From Candidatus Nanoarchaeia archaeon (lineage in GTDB: Archaea; Nanobdellota; Nanobdellia; Woesearchaeales; UBA10216), in the NCBI GenBank assembly GCA_028279045.1, contig JANQSZ010000022.1, positions 16,388-80,387 on the forward strand: a stretch of 64,000 nucleotides of DNA, written 5' to 3'. This document shows, piece by piece, positions 59,374-64,000 of this stretch. A model generated the notes under the pieces. The model was not told where the DNA came from and made no database searches. It saw nothing but the letters and a program-made list of their open reading frames with translations. Made by a program: the position numbers and the translations under genes. Position 1 is the stretch's first letter, and each line of letters starts with the position of its first letter.

Positions 59374-60896
59374 TACTCATCATAGATTTTGGAGGGCAGT
59401 ATTGCCACCTCATTGCACGTAAAATTAGAGAACTTGGAGTGAATACAGAAATTCGGACACATGCGATTACTGCAGATCAAGTTCGAATGTATGATCCTGA
59501 CGGAATAATTCTTTCTGGAGGACCTATGAGCGTGAATGCAAAAGGAGCGCTTACTTTAGATCCAGATATTTTGGAACTAAACATTCCTGTGCTGGGAATA
59601 TGCTATGGTCATCAATTGCTTGCCAAGCTCACAGGAGGAAAAGTGGTTCGGGCGAGTAAAGAATATGGGAAGGAAACTTTTCGTGCGAAGAAGCATAAAT
59701 TGTTCGAGGGAACGGAGAATGCTGAGCAAGTATGGATGAGCCACGGCGATACTGTTGAATCGCTTGGTGAAGGTTTCAAACAGTTGGGAAAGACAGAGAC
59801 GTGTCCTGTTGCAGCGTATGCAGATGACAAACGACAGCTGTATGGTGTGCAATTTCATCCGGAAGTAGCACATACACCATCAGGAAAACAAATACTTGTT
59901 AATTTTTTGAAACTATGTCATGCAGAGAAAGACCATCAAGAGAAAAATCGAGCGGATCGACTTGTTACTGGTGTTCGGGAACTGTTGAATGGTGACGGAG
60001 TTATTCTAGGGCTGAGTGGTGGTGTTGATTCGCTTGTCGCTGCGCTCATCATACAAAAAGCAACAGATAACTTGCATTGTGTGTATGTTGATCATGGTCT
60101 TGTTCGGAAGAACGAAACAGAATATGTGAAGAAACTTGCAAAGGAGTATGGGTTTAAGCATTTTTATGCAGTTGACGCGTCGACGGTATTTTTGAAAAAA
60201 CTACGAGGTATTGTTGATCCTGAACAAAAACGCAAGATCATTGGGAAAACATTTGTTGAGGAATTTGAGAAAAAAGTTAACGAGTTGAAGAAGAAACGCG
60301 GAAATATTACCTTTTTGGGGCAGGGAACTATTTACCCTGATAGAATTGAATCTGCGCAACCATCAGGAAATGCATCGGTGATAAAAACACACCATAATGT
60401 TGGTGGATTGCCAAAACGCATGAAACTAAGTCTTGTTGAACCGCTCTCTAATTATTACAAGGATGAAGTGCGCGAGATCGGAAAAGAGCTGGGAATAAAA
60501 GACGAGCATTTGAATAGACATCCGTTTCCTGGACCTGGTCTTGCGGTTCGCATTGTTGGACCGATAACAGAGGATAACATTAGAATGGTAAGGGAAGCAG
60601 ATGCAATTTTTACTGAAGCATTGCAGACATCTGGCGAGTACGAACGTGTCTGGCAAGCACTTGCAGCACTACTTCCGGTAAAAAGTGTGGGGGTAATGGG
60701 GGATGAACGCACCTATGATTCTATGATTGCGCTGCGGGCAGTTACATCAGAAGATGCTATGACTGCAGACTGGGCTCGGCTACCCTATGAGCTGTTGGAA
60801 GAAGTGTCATCACGTATTATTAGGGAAGTGAGGGGAGTAAATAGAGTGGTGTATGATATAAGTCAGAAGCCACCTGCAACGATTGAGTACGAGTAA
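59370..60896 (+). CDS. guaA: GMP synthase (glutamine-hydrolysing), fused GATase + ATP-pyrophosphatase
   Basis: GICYGHQLL (GATase Cys), SGGVDSLVAA (PP-loop) and C-terminal dimerisation domain in one 508-aa ORF. ATGA overlap with the upstream stop. Confidence 0.9.
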   Translation: MILIIDFGGQYCHLIARKIRELGVNTEIRTHAITADQVRMYDPDGIILSGGPMSVNAKGALTLDPDILELNIPVLGICYGHQLLAKLTGGKVVRASKEYGKETFRAKKHKLFEGTENAEQVWMSHGDTVESLGEGFKQLGKTETCPVAAYADDKRQLYGVQFHPEVAHTPSGKQILVNFLKLCHAEKDHQEKNRADRLVTGVRELLNGDGVILGLSGGVDSLVAALIIQKATDNLHCVYVDHGLVRKNETEYVKKLAKEYGFKHFYAVDASTVFLKKLRGIVDPEQKRKIIGKTFVEEFEKKVNELKKKRGNITFLGQGTIYPDRIESAQPSGNASVIKTHHNVGGLPKRMKLSLVEPLSNYYKDEVREIGKELGIKDEHLNRHPFPGPGLAVRIVGPITEDNIRMVREADAIFTEALQTSGEYERVWQALAALLPVKSVGVMGDERTYDSMIALRAVTSEDAMTADWARLPYELLEEVSSRIIREVRGVNRVVYDISQKPPATIEYE

Positions 60897-60979
60897 TTCT
60901 TGTCACTATTTCTGAATACTCAACAAATTACTTATAAACAGCCCAATCCTTTATTACTACGTATTGGTAGGGGAAGATC

Positions 60980-61561
60980 GTGGGGTTTTTTACCTTTAAC
61001 AAAAAAGACAAAACTGCACAGCCACAGCAAGGCAGTGTGCCGGGGCCGAATGACACAGTAGATCTACCGCCCCCTCCTTCTGTTGAAGATCCCGAATCTA
61101 TGAGTGATTTACCAACTTTTCCTGAGCTGCAACCGCAATCTGGAGAAGCGCCGATGGCGCCACCTACACCACCACCTCTACCAGAATCGATCGGGCCAGT
61201 CCCACAAGCGCCTGAACCAATACCAGAGCCGATGCCACCGCCTCCTGAAGAGCCGGCAGCGGAACCGGAGCCTACTCCTGAACCACCTGCACCAGAAATG
61301 CCAGCGCAGGCACCTCCGCCAGCACCCACTCCTCCAGCAGGATTTGTGCAAGACGGACTCTATTTACCTCAAGATCAATATGCAGAATTACTCCAGCACG
61401 TAGCGGAAACACAAACGAGCTTGAAATCTGCTATCAGCACATTGAATAAATACAAGAAAACACATTCATCGAAACACGCATCGTACGATTCCTTTCGGGA
61501 TGCTGTTGAAGGATTACAAAGAAGCTTATTACAAGTGGATCGAAACTTATTCGAAAGTTAG
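60980..61561 (+). CDS. proline-rich / coiled-coil hypothetical protein
   Basis: GTG start; PxP-rich low-complexity N-terminus (PPTPPPLPESIGPVPQAPEPIPEP...) and helical C-terminus; TATA acttataaa about 45 nt upstream. Confidence 0.4.
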   Translation: MGFFTFNKKDKTAQPQQGSVPGPNDTVDLPPPPSVEDPESMSDLPTFPELQPQSGEAPMAPPTPPPLPESIGPVPQAPEPIPEPMPPPPEEPAAEPEPTPEPPAPEMPAQAPPPAPTPPAGFVQDGLYLPQDQYAELLQHVAETQTSLKSAISTLNKYKKTHSSKHASYDSFRDAVEGLQRSLLQVDRNLFES

Positions 61562-61570
61562 GTGATACCT

Positions 61571-61783
61571 ATGGATCAACAAGTATTTGTTAAAGTAGAA
61601 AAGTACAAGGAGATTTCAGAAATGATAACTGAAATTCGCTCGAAATTAAACCAAGCGAAAGAAGTCGTCGACAAGATCGAGCAAATTCGAACTGAAGAAG
61701 ACACACAAGTAGCGTCTTGGAAAGAAGAACTTGCATCGGCAGAAAGCAGAATACAATCAGTAGAAGCGACATTATCCAAATGA
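61571..61783 (+). CDS. small coiled-coil hypothetical protein
   Basis: 70-aa helical charged ORF (MDQQVFVKVEKYKEISEMITEIRSKLNQAKE...); ATG 61571 right after the upstream stop. Confidence 0.35.
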   Translation: MDQQVFVKVEKYKEISEMITEIRSKLNQAKEVVDKIEQIRTEEDTQVASWKEELASAESRIQSVEATLSK

Positions 61784-62163
61784 GCCCACAACCAACAAGC
61801 GACGTGTACATACACATACAGAATCCCTCTGAGATACGTCGCAATGTGTTGGAATCAACAAAATTTCTAATTCAAGTTTTGAAAAAATACGAACAGTTGA
61901 GTGAAACTCGAACTAAGAAAACAGAAGAGATCGATAAGCTGAAAGTAATTCTAGGCGATATCAATACGTTGTTTAGCCAGATCAAAGAAGACCTGCCAAA
62001 AGTAGATCCTTCTTTACTTCCAAAAAAGAAAAAAGTCGTGCCAGTGCCTCCAGCTCCTAAGAAAGAAGTTGTTGTTCCTAAAGCAGCTCCGGTCAAGAAG
62101 AGCCAACTGGATCACCTGGATGATGAGCTGAGCACCATAGAAGAGAAACTCCGACGCCTTTAA
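61780..62163 (+). CDS. coiled-coil / Lys-Pro-rich hypothetical protein
   Basis: MSPQPTSDVYIHIQN...; central KKKKVVPVPPAPKKEVVVPKAAPVKK tract; ATGA overlap with the upstream ORF. Confidence 0.4.
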   Translation: MSPQPTSDVYIHIQNPSEIRRNVLESTKFLIQVLKKYEQLSETRTKKTEEIDKLKVILGDINTLFSQIKEDLPKVDPSLLPKKKKVVPVPPAPKKEVVVPKAAPVKKSQLDHLDDELSTIEEKLRRL

Positions 62164-62192
62164 ATAGGGCGACTAATTCTTTCCAATCCTGC

Positions 62193-62316
62193 GCGGGGGT
62201 AGCAAAGCCTGGTCAAATGCGCCAGACTCAAGAGAATTGAGTTACGAGGCTACGGCCGATGAACTGAGCAATCTGGTCACTTAGCGTGTTCGAGGGTTCG
62301 AATCCCTTCCCCCGCA
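62193..62316 (+). tRNA. tRNA-Leu (anticodon CAA) with about 38-nt intron at canonical position 37/38; CCA not encoded
   Basis: Acceptor GCGGGGG/CCCCCGC + discriminator A. Anticodon stem CCAGA/TCTGG with loop CTCAAGA. Long variable arm (cac-ttagc-gtg). T-arm GAGGG-TTCGAAT-CCCTT. Intron about 62233-62270 between the anticodon loop and the 3' stem. Confidence 0.8.
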
Positions 62317-62317
62317 C

Positions 62318-62734
62318 TTATTTCCTCAATATTTTCTCCATTGCCTTTCCATTGGCTAGTTCATCAATTAGCTTGTCTAGGTAACGAATTTCTTGCATGG
62401 TTCGCTCCTTAATCTCCTCAACTCGAACGCCACAAACCACACCTTTGATCAGCTTCCGTGAAGGATTCTTCTTAGGGGCTTTTGCAAAGAACGTCTCGAA
62501 ATCTGTCTCGTTCTTAATTTGAGCATTTAGTTGCTTTTGACTGTATCCTGTTAACCAGAGAATAATTTGGTCGACTTCAGCTTTCGTACGTCCTTTCTTC
62601 TCTGCCTTTTCGACGTACAAAGGATAAACACTTCCAAACCTCATCGTGTAGATTCTGGGTTTTTCCATATGAAGCGTAAAGATGTATGCCTTCTTAAAAT
62701 TTTTGAACACAATGCTTTTAAGGAGAGTTCTCAT
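62318..62734 (-). CDS. DUF2200-like small protein
   Basis: [34 protein letters not shown] resembles the DUF2200 core (from memory). Start ambiguous (62734 MRTLL or 62668 MEKPR; longest ORF 62929). Confidence 0.45.
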   Translation of the reverse strand: MRTLLKSIVFKNFKKAYIFTLHMEKPRIYTMRFGSVYPLYVEKAEKKGRTKAEVDQIILWLTGYSQKQLNAQIKNETDFETFFAKAPKKNPSRKLIKGVVCGVRVEEIKERTMQEIRYLDKLIDELANGKAMEKILRK

Positions 62735-62754
62735 AACTGATATAAGGTGATCAA

Positions 62755-62991
62755 ATGAAAACAATGACGTGCGAGCAGCTCGGCGGAGCTTGTGATAAGG
62801 AATTTCATGCTGAGACTTTTGACGAAATAGCAGAGCAAAGCAAGCAGCACGGTATGGAAATGTTCCAAACGCAAGACGAAAAACACCTGGGCGCGATGAA
62901 AAGTATGATGGAACTGATGCAAGACCCACAGAAACTACAAGAATGGATAGAAAGCAAACGGAAAGAATTTGACGCTTTGCCGGATGAATAG
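62755..62991 (+). CDS. DUF1059-like small protein
   Basis: [36 protein letters not shown] resembles the DUF1059 signature (C..GC ... F.AET.EE ... H...HG). Confidence 0.5.
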   Translation: MKTMTCEQLGGACDKEFHAETFDEIAEQSKQHGMEMFQTQDEKHLGAMKSMMELMQDPQKLQEWIESKRKEFDALPDE

Positions 62992-64000
62992 ATGACTGTA
63001 GAAATCACCACTGTAGGCGGATATGATTTGGTTGGCGGGAACATGACTGCCATCAAAGTAGGAGATGAAGTTGTCATCTTCGATATCGGCCTGAACATGG
63101 AGCCGTACATCAAGTTAACGGATGACGAGGATATTGAGAAAGTTGATGAGAAACTGCTGACTAAGGTTGGAGCGATACCTGACATTGGGCCGATTGAAGA
63201 TTGGGCAGATAAGGTTGTTGGGATCTGTCCGAGTCACGCACATCTTGATCACATCGGAGCAATACCGCATTTAGCGCATCATTTTAACGCACCTGTTTGC
63301 GGAACACCTTTTACGATCGAAGTGTTGAACACTATTTTGAAATCTGAAGAAATTAATCTGAATAATGAAGTGCGAATTGTACCGGTAAATGGGAAGACAA
63401 AACTTTCTGACAATATCACAGTTGAGTTTATCAGCGCGACGCATTCGACACCAGACAGTTCAATGGTTGCGATTCATACGCCGGAAGGCGTGATTATTTA
63501 TGCTTGTGACTTCAAAGTTGATCGGTTCCCGACGTTTGGGAAGAAGATGAACTTCAAACGGCTTGAGGAACTGGGAAAGAAAGGGGTGCTTGCACTTATT
63601 TGCGAGTCCACGTATGCGTGGTATCAAGCTAAGACGCCGAGTGAATCGGTGGCGAAAGAAATGCTGAAAGATGTTTTACTGGGACATACGCATGGAAATG
63701 AAGCCGTACTGGTTACAACGTTTGCGAGTCATATTGCACGATTGAAATCGCTGATCGAACTTGGTAAAAAGATGGATCGGAAAGTGTTGCTGTTGGGAAG
63801 GAGCTTCAAGCGATACTTGGAAGCTGCCAAGAATGCAAACTTGATCGATTTATTTGAGGGTGTTGAAGTTGTTACGTACAAGAGTCACATTAAACGGAAG
63901 CTCAAACAAGTGAGTAAAGATGGGAAAAACAGGTATTTGTTAATTGTAACGGGCCATCAAGGCGAACCAAAAGCAACCCTGTCTAAAATGGCTAATGGGG
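62992..64000 (+). CDS. rnj: archaeal RNase J (beta-CASP metallo-beta-lactamase ribonuclease), 5' partial - continues beyond window
   Basis: [15 protein letters not shown] (HxHxDH), beta-CASP segment; ORF open to the window end, about 336 aa visible. Confidence 0.75.
   Translation, partial: MTVEITTVGGYDLVGGNMTAIKVGDEVVIFDIGLNMEPYIKLTDDEDIEKVDEKLLTKVGAIPDIGPIEDWADKVVGICPSHAHLDHIGAIPHLAHHFNAPVCGTPFTIEVLNTILKSEEINLNNEVRIVPVNGKTKLSDNITVEFISATHSTPDSSMVAIHTPEGVIIYACDFKVDRFPTFGKKMNFKRLEELGKKGVLALICESTYAWYQAKTPSESVAKEMLKDVLLGHTHGNEAVLVTTFASHIARLKSLIELGKKMDRKVLLLGRSFKRYLEAAKNANLIDLFEGVEVVTYKSHIKRKLKQVSKDGKNRYLLIVTGHQGEPKATLSKMANG

Noticed and set aside
60928-61329. 133-aa Gly-rich ORF on the minus strand
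   Set aside because: It is the mirror image of the proline-rich (CCN-rich) region of the plus-strand gene (CCN antisense gives GGN = Gly); a compositional artefact.

Overview
This looks like an archaeal chromosomal segment, moderately AT-rich by eye. Archaeal hallmarks: a tRNA with an intron in the canonical anticodon-loop position and no encoded CCA, two PurP paralogs, aMBF1 (Zn-ribbon plus HTH), a Fap7/AK6-type kinase, an Rqc2/NFACT homolog and a partial aRNase J. It also carries bacterial-like GyrA and a fused GuaA. Genes are densely packed, with many 1-4 nt start/stop overlaps (ATGA, TAATG, TGATG).

Layout:
- 0.4-13.4 kb: a nucleotide-sugar and glycosylation island on the minus strand. 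It holds the dTDP-sugar genes rmlA, rmlB and rmlD, a cupin, a 2,3-dehydratase-like gene and a Gfo/Idh/MocA oxidoreductase. It also holds a GDP-sugar pair (Gmd plus a reductase), a UDP-sugar trio (Ugd, Uxs, nucleotidyltransferase), a GT4 transferase and a deacetylase-like protein. An RHH-nucleotidyltransferase fusion lies just downstream.
- 13.3-18.1 kb: a stand-alone 5S rRNA, an Rqc2 homolog, hypothetical proteins, a wHTH protein and a Fap7 kinase. This stretch is riddled with two short repeat families: AAGGACA/GGACATGTCC and AAGTGAG.
- 18.1-26.2 kb: four translationally coupled genes (membrane-anchored HTH, Cys-rich lipoprotein, aMBF1, DPM1-like GT2), then a PMT-like GT-C, a processive GT2 and two paralogous polytopic membrane proteins.
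- 26.2-31.1 kb: THUMP methyltransferase, GyrA, a Zn-ribbon micro-ORF coupled to ScpB, and an unknown wHTH protein.
- 31.4-37.5 kb: pyrimidine operon Nudix-pyrD-pyrK-pyrC-pyrE-LOG-pyrF-JAMM.
- 37.5-40.6 kb: HtpX, LemA, HAD hydrolase and a PurR-like HTH-PRTase.
- 40.6-60.9 kb: a ~20 kb purine/C1 super-operon: purA, split purH, a purF-purD fusion, purN, MTHFS, glyA, folD, purM, a PurS-PurS-PurL fusion, purQ, tandem purE, purC, purB, purP x2, guaA.
- 61-64 kb: three coiled-coil/proline-rich ORFs, tRNA-Leu(CAA), DUF2200/DUF1059-like small genes, and the start of aRNase J.

No CRISPR array, transposase, integrase or obvious defence system was seen. The most unusual items are the shared operator-like boxes (GTGTACAAAAC at pur promoters; GGACATGTCC/AAGGACA iteron arrays), the PurF-PurD and PurS-PurL fusions, the RHH-nucleotidyltransferase fusion, and the membrane-HTH/Cys-rich lipoprotein/MBF1 module.
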